Source: a virus
Lineage: Duplodnaviria > Caudoviricetes
IMG/VR virus record: IMGVR_UViG_3300017740_000007
Location: 1 to 52,639 of that record
Reading direction: 5' to 3' (one strand)
DNA: 52,639 bases
The notes under the pieces are model-generated. The model searched no databases and was not told the DNA's origin. It worked only from the letters and a program-made list of their open reading frames with translations. A program made the position numbers and the translations under genes. Positions 16,317 through 25,800 of this stretch are shown piece after piece (position 1 is the first letter of the stretch; every line of letters starts with the position of its first letter).

Positions 16317-16337
16317 AGATTGTTTGTGTGTGTGAAG

Positions 16338-16365
16338 GAGGGAGATTAAGTTCTCCCTCTTTTTT
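16338..16365 (+). terminator. Intrinsic terminator
   Basis: GAGGGAGA-ttaagt-TCTCCCTC-TTTTTT. Confidence 0.85.
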
Positions 16366-16533
16366 ATACCAACAATGTTATTATGAAAGCTTTTATACTT
16401 TCTATCTACTTTATTTTTATATATAATATTTTTTTATTTTCTTTACATTATAAGAAAAAAAACAACATATCAACATTTAGTACTGATAATCAACGAGTTA
16501 CAAAAATCAAATCAACATTAAATCAACAGACAG

Positions 16534-18945
16534 ATGACAGAAAAGGTTACAATATTCAAAAACATTAAAGAAACAGAGACTCCATTTCATAAAGAAGTGG
16601 GTGTTGTACTAGATAGAATCAAGGATGGTGCAACAAAGAACTTAGTTAAATCAATACGGATGACTAAGGATAAATCAGAACGCAATGAACTAAAGAAAAG
16701 ATTACCTGCGATTTGTTTTAGTGGAACATTCACAAAAAGAAAAGACAATGCTATACAAGAACACTCAGGTATTATTTGTTTGGACTTTGACGGCTACGAA
16801 AAAAAGAAATTACTTTTAGAACATAAAGAAAGATTAACTAAAGACCCATACACTTTTTCAGTTTTTATTTCGCCATCAGGTAATGGACTTAAGGTGTTGG
16901 TAAAGATACCTGCCAATACAGAAAACCATATCAACTATTTTAATTCACTCCAAAAATATTATGACTCCCCTTACTTTGATAAGATGTGTAAGAATGTATC
17001 AAGAGTTTGTTATGAATCATATGACCCATTACTTTACACGAACAAAGTATCACAACTGTGGGATACAGTAGCTGAACCTGAATACACTGAGGTAGATAAA
17101 TACAACGACCCTCCAACAATACCAATCTCAGATGAGAATAAAATTGTAGAGATACTTGTCAAGTGGTGGGAGAAAAAATACCCAATGATTGAAGGTCAAC
17201 GTAATCAGAACTGTTATGTATTGGCTATGGCATTCAATGATTATGGAATAAACAAATCGTTGGCAGGTTATATACTTAATAGATATGTCACTAAAGATTT
17301 TAATCAAAATGAAATCAACAGAACAATAGACTCTGCATATATAAATACTCAAAACTTTGGCACTAAGTATTACGAAGATGAAGAAAGACTTCAATCAATT
17401 AAGGATAAGTTTAGAAAGGGTATATCAAAAAAAGAAATACGCAGCCAACTAAGTGATGCAGGTATGGATGCAGAAGCGATAGATGGTGTAGTAAATAAAA
17501 TAGAAAAGGAACAAGCAAAGAAAACCTTTTGGGAAAAGAATGAAAAGGGAACCATAAAGATTGTACACTTCTCTTTTAAAAAGTTTTTAGAAGACAATGG
17601 TTTCTATAAGTATTGCCCTGAAGGTGGTAAGAACTATGTATTTGTTAAGGTTACTAATAACCTAATAGACCACACATCAGAAAAAGAAATCAAGGACTAT
17701 GTATTAAATTATTTACAAGACATTGATGACTTAAGTGTATACAATTACTTCGCAGACCAAGTTAGATTTTTTAGAGAAGAATTTCTAACCCTATTAAATA
17801 CCATAGATATTTATTTCATTGAAGACACAAAAGATTCTGCTTACTTATACTATCAGAACTGTGCAGTTAAGATAACTAAAGATTTAATTGAACCTATAGA
17901 CTATTTAGATTTAGGAGGTTATGTTTGGTCTGACCATATCATATCTAGAAAATTTAAAATATGTGATGAGTACAAGTGTGACTATTCTATATTTATTGGA
18001 AACATTTGTGGTAATGATAATGACAGGGTAAAGACTATGGAAAGCACCATAGGATTTATGATGCACGGGTATAAAAATTTATCTTATTGTCCGGCTATCA
18101 TTCTTAATGATGAGATTATATCAGACAATCCTGAGGGTGGCACGGGTAAAGGTTTGTTTATGAATGCACTTAGTCAAATGAAAAAGTTAGTAGTCATAGA
18201 TGGTAAAGCTTTTGCTTTTGAGAAATCATTTCCATATCAATTAGTATCAGCAGATACACAGATACTTTGTTTTGATGATGTGAAGAAGCACTTTGATTTT
18301 GAAAGATTGTTTAGTGTAGTAACTGAAGGATTAACATTAGAGAAGAAGAACAAGGATGCAATCAAGATACCATTTAGTAAGTCTCCTAAAATTGCTATCA
18401 CAACTAACTATGCTATCAAGGGTTCAGGTAATTCTTTTGAACGTAGAAAGTGGGAGGTAGAACTTCATCAACACTATACCAAAAACTTTACACCACTTGA
18501 TGAATTTGATAAGCACTTTTTTGCTGATTGGAATGAAGATGATTGGTGTTTGTTTGACAACTATATGACTTCTTGTTTACAAAATTATTTAACAACAGGT
18601 CTTGTTAAGAGTAAGTTTGTTAACCTTAAGATTAGACAACTGTCTGCTTCAACTTCACACGATTTTATAGAATGGTGTGGACTAATTGAAGGTCATCAAA
18701 AGAATAACAAACTCGTACTTGATTCTAGATTATCAATGCAAGATTTATACTTTGACTTTATTGGAGAGTATCCTGACTATGGACCAAAAGCTAAGATGAC
18801 TATTAGTAGAACAAGATTTTATAAATGGTTAATTCAATATGGTTCATACATAACCAACAAGCAACCATTGGAAGGGAGAGATATGAATGGAAGATGGTTT
18901 GAGATGCAGACACCTAAGTCAAGTCAAAGCACTATGAACCTATGA
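16534..18945 (+). CDS. Primase-helicase (VirE-N/BT4734-like primase, PriCT, P-loop helicase)
   Basis: KKRLPAICFSG, CLDFD, FISPSGNGLK, EGQRN, Walker A GGTGKG, FDDV, TTNY. Confidence 0.85.
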   Translation: MTEKVTIFKNIKETETPFHKEVGVVLDRIKDGATKNLVKSIRMTKDKSERNELKKRLPAICFSGTFTKRKDNAIQEHSGIICLDFDGYEKKKLLLEHKERLTKDPYTFSVFISPSGNGLKVLVKIPANTENHINYFNSLQKYYDSPYFDKMCKNVSRVCYESYDPLLYTNKVSQLWDTVAEPEYTEVDKYNDPPTIPISDENKIVEILVKWWEKKYPMIEGQRNQNCYVLAMAFNDYGINKSLAGYILNRYVTKDFNQNEINRTIDSAYINTQNFGTKYYEDEERLQSIKDKFRKGISKKEIRSQLSDAGMDAEAIDGVVNKIEKEQAKKTFWEKNEKGTIKIVHFSFKKFLEDNGFYKYCPEGGKNYVFVKVTNNLIDHTSEKEIKDYVLNYLQDIDDLSVYNYFADQVRFFREEFLTLLNTIDIYFIEDTKDSAYLYYQNCAVKITKDLIEPIDYLDLGGYVWSDHIISRKFKICDEYKCDYSIFIGNICGNDNDRVKTMESTIGFMMHGYKNLSYCPAIILNDEIISDNPEGGTGKGLFMNALSQMKKLVVIDGKAFAFEKSFPYQLVSADTQILCFDDVKKHFDFERLFSVVTEGLTLEKKNKDAIKIPFSKSPKIAITTNYAIKGSGNSFERRKWEVELHQHYTKNFTPLDEFDKHFFADWNEDDWCLFDNYMTSCLQNYLTTGLVKSKFVNLKIRQLSASTSHDFIEWCGLIEGHQKNNKLVLDSRLSMQDLYFDFIGEYPDYGPKAKMTISRTRFYKWLIQYGSYITNKQPLEGRDMNGRWFEMQTPKSSQSTMNL

Positions 18946-19175
18946 CAGAAAAGCATCTGCACATAGCAATGATTAATTCTTTTAGTGTAATAGTATTAGA
19001 TTACGATTGGGAAGAAATCATTGATGGGAAGACTCCTTACTTTGCACACAATGTTGCAAGAAGAATTCCTAGTAAAAGAGAATTAGAAAATATATTAAAA
19101 TACTTTATTGAAATAGAAGACTACAAAAGATGTGCATCGTTACAAAGATATATGAAGGAAGACCTGAAGAAGTAA
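18942..19175 (+). CDS. Hypothetical protein with UVR-like C-terminal motif
   Basis: YFIEIEDYKRCASLQ. Confidence 0.6.
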   Translation: MTEKHLHIAMINSFSVIVLDYDWEEIIDGKTPYFAHNVARRIPSKRELENILKYFIEIEDYKRCASLQRYMKEDLKK

Positions 19176-20617
19176 CTGAAAGAGTTTCAGGTTATTCAGA
19201 TGAAATGATGTATCGTCAATGTAAATTGTTACACGATATTATTTTTAAAACCAAACTTGTAAAACAAGGAAGGGGTAAGAAAGCAGTGATGGTAGAAAGA
19301 AGGATGTATGAAATAGATGCTATCGTGGAGCACAAAGCAAAGGTTAGTCTTGAATATTATAAAAACAGAATGGCGATACCAAGTAAAATTAAATTTAGAG
19401 AATACCAAAAGAAAATTATTGTACAAGGAGCAGAACATCTAATTAAAAACGGATTTGTTTATTTAGCTATGGAAGTTAGAACGGGCAAGACCTTAACAAG
19501 TTTAGGAATGTGTCGTCTTTTAAAAGACACAAAGGTTTTGTTTGTTACAAAGAAGAAAGCTATTAGCAGCATAGAATCTGATTATGATTTATTAAATGCA
19601 GAGTTTAGTATAACAATAATAAATTATGAATCACTCCATAAAATAACAGACAGAGATTTTGATACCATTATATTAGATGAAGCACACAGTATGGGTGCCT
19701 TTCCTAAACCAAGCAAGAGAGCCAAGCAGGTAAAGGAAATGCTTGTAGCACATAATCCAAAAGTTATATTGCTATCAGGTACACCAACACCTGAATCATA
19801 TAGTCAGATGTTTCATCAGGTATATGGAATTAAGAATAATCCTTTTAGAGACTATGTAAACTTTTATAAATTTTCTAAACGATATGTAAACGTAAAGCAG
19901 AGAAAGATAAATGGTTTGTATATAAATGATTATCACGATGGACTACAATCTATACTTGATGAAATGAAACCACATACTATTGCTTACTCACAAAAGGAGG
20001 CAGGGTTTAAAGTAGACACAAGGGAGCACACACTAGAGGTGGAACTTGAACCAATAAGCTATAAGCTTACGGCTCAATTGAAAAAAACTTTAGTAGTAGA
20101 AGGAAAAGATGAAGTCATACTTGGTGATACACCGGTGAAATTAATGATGAAGCTGCATCAGTTATACTCCGGAACAATAAAGTTTGAATCAGGTAACTCA
20201 ACTGTATTGGATTATAGTAAAGCAAAATTTATTAAAGAAAAATTCAAGGGTAAGAAGATTGGAATCTTTTATAAATTCAAAGAAGAATTAAATGCTTTGA
20301 AAAAAATCTTTGGAGATAATTTAACAACAGAACTTAGTGTCTTTGAAGACACAAATAAATCTATAGCTTTACAAATTGTATCAGGTCGTGAGGGTATCTC
20401 CTTACGAAAAGCAGATGCTCTTGTATATTATAATATAGATTTTTCTGCTACATCATATTGGCAAAGCAGAGACAGAATGACAACTAAAGATAGACTAGAG
20501 TCAGACGTTTATTGGGTTTTCTCTAAAGGAGGAATTGAAAAAGATATTTACAAAGCAGTCTCCAAGAAGAAGGACTATACTGTGAATCATTTTAAAAAGG
20601 ATTTGTTATCTTTGTGA
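19130..20617 (+). CDS. SNF2-family helicase
   Basis: FREYQ, VRTGKT, INYESL, LDEAH, LSGTP, GREGISL. Confidence 0.88.
   Translation: MCIVTKIYEGRPEEVTERVSGYSDEMMYRQCKLLHDIIFKTKLVKQGRGKKAVMVERRMYEIDAIVEHKAKVSLEYYKNRMAIPSKIKFREYQKKIIVQGAEHLIKNGFVYLAMEVRTGKTLTSLGMCRLLKDTKVLFVTKKKAISSIESDYDLLNAEFSITIINYESLHKITDRDFDTIILDEAHSMGAFPKPSKRAKQVKEMLVAHNPKVILLSGTPTPESYSQMFHQVYGIKNNPFRDYVNFYKFSKRYVNVKQRKINGLYINDYHDGLQSILDEMKPHTIAYSQKEAGFKVDTREHTLEVELEPISYKLTAQLKKTLVVEGKDEVILGDTPVKLMMKLHQLYSGTIKFESGNSTVLDYSKAKFIKEKFKGKKIGIFYKFKEELNALKKIFGDNLTTELSVFEDTNKSIALQIVSGREGISLRKADALVYYNIDFSATSYWQSRDRMTTKDRLESDVYWVFSKGGIEKDIYKAVSKKKDYTVNHFKKDLLSL
20337..20352. repeat. 16-bp palindrome copy 9 (inside helicase, SVFEDT)
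   Basis: GTGTCTTTGAAGACAC. Confidence 0.95.
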
Positions 20618-20618
20618 T

Positions 20619-20825
20619 ATGAGGTTTGTAAGGTTCACACTAATATGGATTAGTCAAAACCTAGCTATACCTTTTTGGGTGGTTGGTCATATTCACTTGT
20701 CGGTTCATACCTTTCACGACTTGACAGAAATCATATCATCAGTGGGTATGAATGTGATAGTGGCTATAGGATTTTATTTAGATTATAAACGTGACCGAAC
20801 AACAGATACAAGCGAAAAGAATTAA
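20619..20825 (+). CDS. Small membrane protein
   Basis: Two hydrophobic stretches. Confidence 0.55.
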   Translation: MRFVRFTLIWISQNLAIPFWVVGHIHLSVHTFHDLTEIISSVGMNVIVAIGFYLDYKRDRTTDTSEKN

Positions 20826-21030
20826 GCAGTTAGAAGCTGAGGGTTATTATGTTTTAAAATTAGTTAAGACTAATAAGAATGGAATCCCTGACATCCTAGC
20901 AATACCTCCTGATAGTAAGGTTTTGTTTAGTGAAGTTAAAACACCAAAAGGAAAAGTATCTAAACTACAAGAATATAGATTAAAAGAACTAGAAGGATAT
21001 GGTTTTAGCACTGAAGTATACCGAGGATAA
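20791..21030 (+). CDS. VRR-NUC domain nuclease
   Basis: TEQQIQ, GIPD, EVKTPKGKVSKLQ. Confidence 0.85.
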   Translation: MTEQQIQAKRIKQLEAEGYYVLKLVKTNKNGIPDILAIPPDSKVLFSEVKTPKGKVSKLQEYRLKELEGYGFSTEVYRG

Positions 21031-21406
21031 GTTACCTTACGAAATAGATGATTGGTTCTTCCAACAACTAAGTGACTATTCTTTATCAGATGCATCCTTA
21101 ATAGTAGCACAGGCTCTTGCGGTATTAAAAGAACTCCCTACAAAAAATGGATGGAGTCAAGAAGTAGCAGGTGTTATTACTGACAAAGGAACAGAGCCTA
21201 TATTTTTTGTGATAGAATATTTGAAACAAGAAGATGACAGACCAATACTAATAGATATAAATGAAATTGAAGTAGATGAATACTTAGACTTTATAATAGA
21301 AAACAAATCAATCAAATCATACATAGATGAATCAAGAGTTAGAGACCTTATACTTAAAGGTGGAACAGTTCAGCCACTTAAAAGAAATAATAAAAACAAT
21401 TCTTAA
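20999..21406 (+). CDS. Hypothetical protein
   Basis: ORF track. Confidence 0.6.
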   Translation: MVLALKYTEDKLPYEIDDWFFQQLSDYSLSDASLIVAQALAVLKELPTKNGWSQEVAGVITDKGTEPIFFVIEYLKQEDDRPILIDINEIEVDEYLDFIIENKSIKSYIDESRVRDLILKGGTVQPLKRNNKNNS

Positions 21407-21878
21407 CGTAGACGTTAAGAAAGATAGGAATAGAATGCAGCATACAGTCAATTGTAAAATGATATATGCTAATGTACTTAGAGAATGTGGTTATGGGTGC
21501 AGTGTTATTTCTAAATCAATCTTAATGAACCACGCAACTATCCTCCATTACTTTAAAACATTTCCTTTCTACATAAAAACAGATGTAGTTCTTCGTAATA
21601 ATTATGAAAGAATTAAATCAGAGTTTAATAAAGAGTATGACCCTGTTTATTATTTGTCAGAAAATGAACTAAAAAACGAAGTTTTTTCTTTGAAAATTAA
21701 AAATAAAGATTTATCTTCGGATTTGGAGACGTGCCAATCTAGACTCACCGAACTGATAAACAAAGAGGGTAGGCTTGAAGACATCTTTAAGATGATAGAT
21801 GAGAGGACAAGACCCGGTACAGAGGACCACGTTCTAAAAAAATTAAATCACTTTTTCAATGGTGTATACACAAAATGA
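21327..21878 (+). CDS. DnaA-C-like HTH protein with coiled coil
   Basis: ISKSILMNHATILHYFK. Confidence 0.6.
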   Translation: MNQELETLYLKVEQFSHLKEIIKTILNVDVKKDRNRMQHTVNCKMIYANVLRECGYGCSVISKSILMNHATILHYFKTFPFYIKTDVVLRNNYERIKSEFNKEYDPVYYLSENELKNEVFSLKIKNKDLSSDLETCQSRLTELINKEGRLEDIFKMIDERTRPGTEDHVLKKLNHFFNGVYTK

Positions 21879-22113
21879 AATAGACAAAATACTAGCCTAT
21901 AAAACTTGGTCAGATAAAAAAAAGCAAGACCAACTTTTAAGAATGGATTGTTCTATGTATTGTCATCTTGGAATAGATTCCAATAAAAAGGAAAGAGAAG
22001 AGGTAACGAAAGTTTCTCGTAAAATTTATACTGCAATTAAATCTATTAATCATAATATGGGAACATTGTTTTTACAAACAATGGATAAGAATGTAACCAA
22101 AGAACCTTTATAG
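21859..22113 (+). CDS. Hypothetical protein
   Basis: ORF track. Confidence 0.65.
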   Translation: MVYTQNEIDKILAYKTWSDKKKQDQLLRMDCSMYCHLGIDSNKKEREEVTKVSRKIYTAIKSINHNMGTLFLQTMDKNVTKEPL

Positions 22114-22116
22114 GAA

Positions 22117-22308
22117 ATGCAAGAGCCGTCAGCGTATGACAAAGAACGTATAACACACATCAATCATTTGATGGAAGCAATACACGGCTCTACTAATGAG
22201 ATTTATGAAGCACTAATTGACAGAGACTTTGTTATCTTAAAGAAGGAAATAAAAGAACTTCAAGACATCCTTAAGGACATATCTATTTCTATAGAGGATG
22301 ACATATGA
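22117..22308 (+). CDS. Hypothetical protein
   Basis: ORF track. Confidence 0.6.
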   Translation: MQEPSAYDKERITHINHLMEAIHGSTNEIYEALIDRDFVILKKEIKELQDILKDISISIEDDI

Positions 22309-22735
22309 TTACAAGCAGTTTGCTAATGAGCAGCAGTTATTTGATTTTATAAAAGACAATTTTATAAACGACCTGAACCCTAGTGAATATTCCACATCAA
22401 GATATGATTGTTTTTCTGAGCGATATCAAATGGATATTGAACTTAAGTGTAGAAGAAAACATTATGAAGGTTTAATTATAGAGAAAGGAAAGTATGATGC
22501 TCTGATGCATCGTTGTAAAACATACGGGACAATACCGGTATATATTAACTCCACACCTGAAGGTGTTTGGGGATTTTATTTGCAACAGTTTGATTTAGTA
22601 TGGGAACACAGAGACTTACCTAAACAAACAGATTTTTCTAGACGAGAAAAAATATCTAAAGAAATAAGTTATCTACCTGTATTAGAAGGAATAGATTTAC
22701 TTTCTCTTCTTGACAAGCCTTCTCCTAGCCTTTAA
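22298..22735 (+). CDS. PD-(D/E)XK-type nuclease-like protein
   Basis: SRYDC...IELKCR...IEKGKYD. Confidence 0.65.
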   Translation: MTYDYKQFANEQQLFDFIKDNFINDLNPSEYSTSRYDCFSERYQMDIELKCRRKHYEGLIIEKGKYDALMHRCKTYGTIPVYINSTPEGVWGFYLQQFDLVWEHRDLPKQTDFSRREKISKEISYLPVLEGIDLLSLLDKPSPSL

Positions 22736-22849
22736 AGGTTTTACTCTTTCAGGTAAGTACTTACTCTTACCATAAGAATCCCACTCTTTAGCCATATCAG
22801 GATTGTTTGCATACATCCATCTTCTTTGTGCTTTACTTTTAAACGGCAT
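22697..22849 (-). CDS. Small basic peptide, 50 aa (MPFKSKAQRRWMYANNP...)
   Basis: Manual translation; motif recurrent in phages. Confidence 0.65.
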   Translation of the reverse strand: MPFKSKAQRRWMYANNPDMAKEWDSYGKSKYLPERVKPLKARRRLVKKRK

Positions 22850-22858
22850 ATATTTTAT

Positions 22859-25800
22859 TTAGTTTCCAAATTTTTGACTACCAAAGGTATCCTTACCTTT
22901 CTTCTTTCTTTTCTTTTTACCAAAGCCATCACCACTACCAAAGCTTCCTGAACCAAATGAAGAGCCTGATGTGTAATTCATTTCTTTATCTTTCAGTAAT
23001 CTATTTAATTCAGCTTCTCTTCTTTTCTGTTCTTTCTTTTGTTGTTCAGATTCATAGTCAGGAGAGTTAGGACCAAAGGTGTCATACCATAATCTATAGT
23101 TATATCTTTTCATTTCGCTTCTTGAACTATAGTTGCCAAGCTTTTCTTTTTCTATAGCAGCAGCCTTTCTTTCCTGTGCTTGTTTCTTATTCATCTCACC
23201 ATATAAACTTCTCAACACCAAACGTCTTACATCTTTATACATTGGTATGAATCCTGAGTTACCTAATAATTCAAGAGGTAGTCTATACATTAACTCATCT
23301 TCTTGTCTTTCCTGTGCTTCAACAGTTTTCTTTGGAGCAGACGTAGCTTTCTTAACAATAAAGTCTGCGGTCTTAACTGCAGGTCCTAAAGAAGCTGCCA
23401 TATTAGTTAGTATATCTCCAAGAGATGAACCTCTTCCATCTTTATTTTTAGGTACAACTTGATAAGATAAACCATCTTTATACACATCGTATTCTCCGTC
23501 TCTTAAGAAGTCTAAGAATTCTTTATTGAACTCTTCAATACCCATATTGAGTATGGCTTTAGTTGCATTACCAAAGTCTCTACCTACAATTAACCCTAAC
23601 ATTGATGAAGCAACTGCTTGTCCAAGTTTCTTCTCTAAATCTTTTGGCTCTTCTTCTTCTCCTGCAATACTTGCAAGTGCCTCACCTAATACTTGTGCCA
23701 TCATAGTATACATAATCATACGAGTAGTTGAACCTGCAAGTAGTGCGGCTCCTTTACGTTTACTTAAATGACCTCGACCAATTGCATTAACAATACCTGT
23801 TCTTGCAGTTACAAATTCATATATTAAGAATGTAGTCATAAAGGTATTGAATGCATTGAATGCAGTTTTGAAACCACTATCCCCCGGCTTTCTCGTTCCT
23901 TTTAATATTCCTAAAAATGGATTAGCAGTAGAACCTGTCATTACAGAAGTTTCGTCAGCAACCTCTGTTGCTTTAGCTAAAGCTTCTGCATTGTCTGCCA
24001 TATACTTAGAATCATTTGCTGCAATCTTATCCATATCAGGTTCTATACCTGTTATCTTTTTAAACTCACTTGCAAAAGAACCAAACCACATAGGTCTCAT
24101 TACAATCTTATCAGGTGTTGATATTAATCCATCGGCTAATGTAGCCACACCACTCTGATATTTTTTACCTGACCTATTCCAAATTTGTACAAGTTTATTT
24201 TTAAATCTACCCATTGCTCTACCGCCCTTGATACCTTCTGACTCCTTCATTATATTGGTATCAATCATTCTACCTGACATATCTTCATTAGGATATATAC
24301 GGTTAGTCTGTTTACTTTTAAGATTCTCCATAGCTTTTGGAGCGGCATCACTATTTAAAAACTTAACACCAAACTTAGAGCCTTTAACAAAAGCAACAGG
24401 ATTAGTTATCATTGCAAAAGCTGCGTTAGAAGTAAGTTCCGCAATCCACCTAGTACTACTTGCAAGTATAGCACGATACCCGTTTTTCTTTAACCAATTC
24501 ATTGCTTCTTCTGCAATAGTGGTTTGTTGGTATGCAGTGGTTAGCATATTTTCTACAACCTCTTCATAAGCATCTCTAATAGCATTGAACTTTTCTCTAT
24601 CTTTAGAATCCATTCTAGCCTTATCACCTTTCAATCTTTGTTCCGCTACATTTAAAGTTCTTCTTGCGGTTCTAATTGGTTCAGTCATATGGAAATCTAA
24701 CAACACTCCTTTTGCTCCTCTAGTAGCTGATGCATACACATCAAAGTTTAAAGCCGACACAACACCTTCTCTCTTGATTAAAGACTTTGCTTTAGTAGAA
24801 CCTCTCAAACCATTCATATATTGTTGTATAAATGATTCATTACTGTTAGGGTCTAGACCTCTATCTGTTACAACATTTAAGTGTACATAATTATTTCTTG
24901 GTTTAATTCCTGTACCTCTAATAATAGATGCAGTCTGAACTGCCATTGGACCTAGTTCTGAATTTACTTCTTGTATAACCTTAATAGAATTTTTCTCTGC
25001 TTCATTAAAACTATTATAAAGTTTCTCTAGATTTATTTCTCCCGTTTCTTTATCAGTAAACTTTTCTAAAATCTCTGCTAACATTTCAGAGTCTTGTTGA
25101 CTGAAGGTGGTTTTATCTGTATCAATAGCTTCAATAGTCTTTTTAATATATGCTGCAGCTTGATGTCTTGTCTCAGGGTTACCCAAGTTAGAATCGTGCT
25201 CAAGTTGAATCATATAAACCATCTGCTTAAACTTAGACATCAAAGTCTTGTTTGGATTTTGTTTAAATGATTTAGCAACCGCAGCCTCGGCAGCATCTAT
25301 CTTACCTCTAAGTCTTTTAAACTGTGACGTAAATAATTCTTTTGCTTTTGCTGATGGATTAAATAAAGTATTAAATATAGGTTTTGATTTAAAGTTACCG
25401 AACACTTGGTCAACATAGAACAATGGGTTTCTTCTAATGGCTTCTAGAACAGAACCTTTTCTAGTGAATATACTTTTAAACTTAGCATACATTTTAGTTA
25501 CAGGAAGTAGCTTAGAACCGCTTATTCCACCGGCAAGTTCTTTACCCTTTAACTGTGCATCCATCTTCTCATTCATTACCTGAACAAGATGTGGTGTGTA
25601 GCCATTGTTTATATTATTGTATAGTTTATCTATTTGTTTTAAATCCTCAAGTGAAAGATTCTCTATAGCTTCAATGTTATTGATTAAACTTTCAAACATC
25701 GCAGCAACCTTTCTTTCAAACTTACTAGGAAGTTCAGAGATTTTTAAAGCAGGTAGTTTCTTTATGTTAGCTATAACCTCTTGTCTTTCAGCTTCTATTT

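Noticed and set aside
16383-16568. 61-aa hydrophobic ORF before the primase
   Set aside because: Arises from the low-complexity T/A tract of the origin-like region.
19513-19530. TCGTCTTTTAAAAGACAC as a 12th palindrome copy
   Set aside because: Two extra central bases and a mismatched left arm; possibly a degenerate site but not counted.
20715-20745. Possible minus-strand hammerhead (CTGATGA...GAAA)
   Set aside because: Stem II is weak and lacks the closing G-C pair, no convincing stems I and III were seen, and it is antisense within a CDS.
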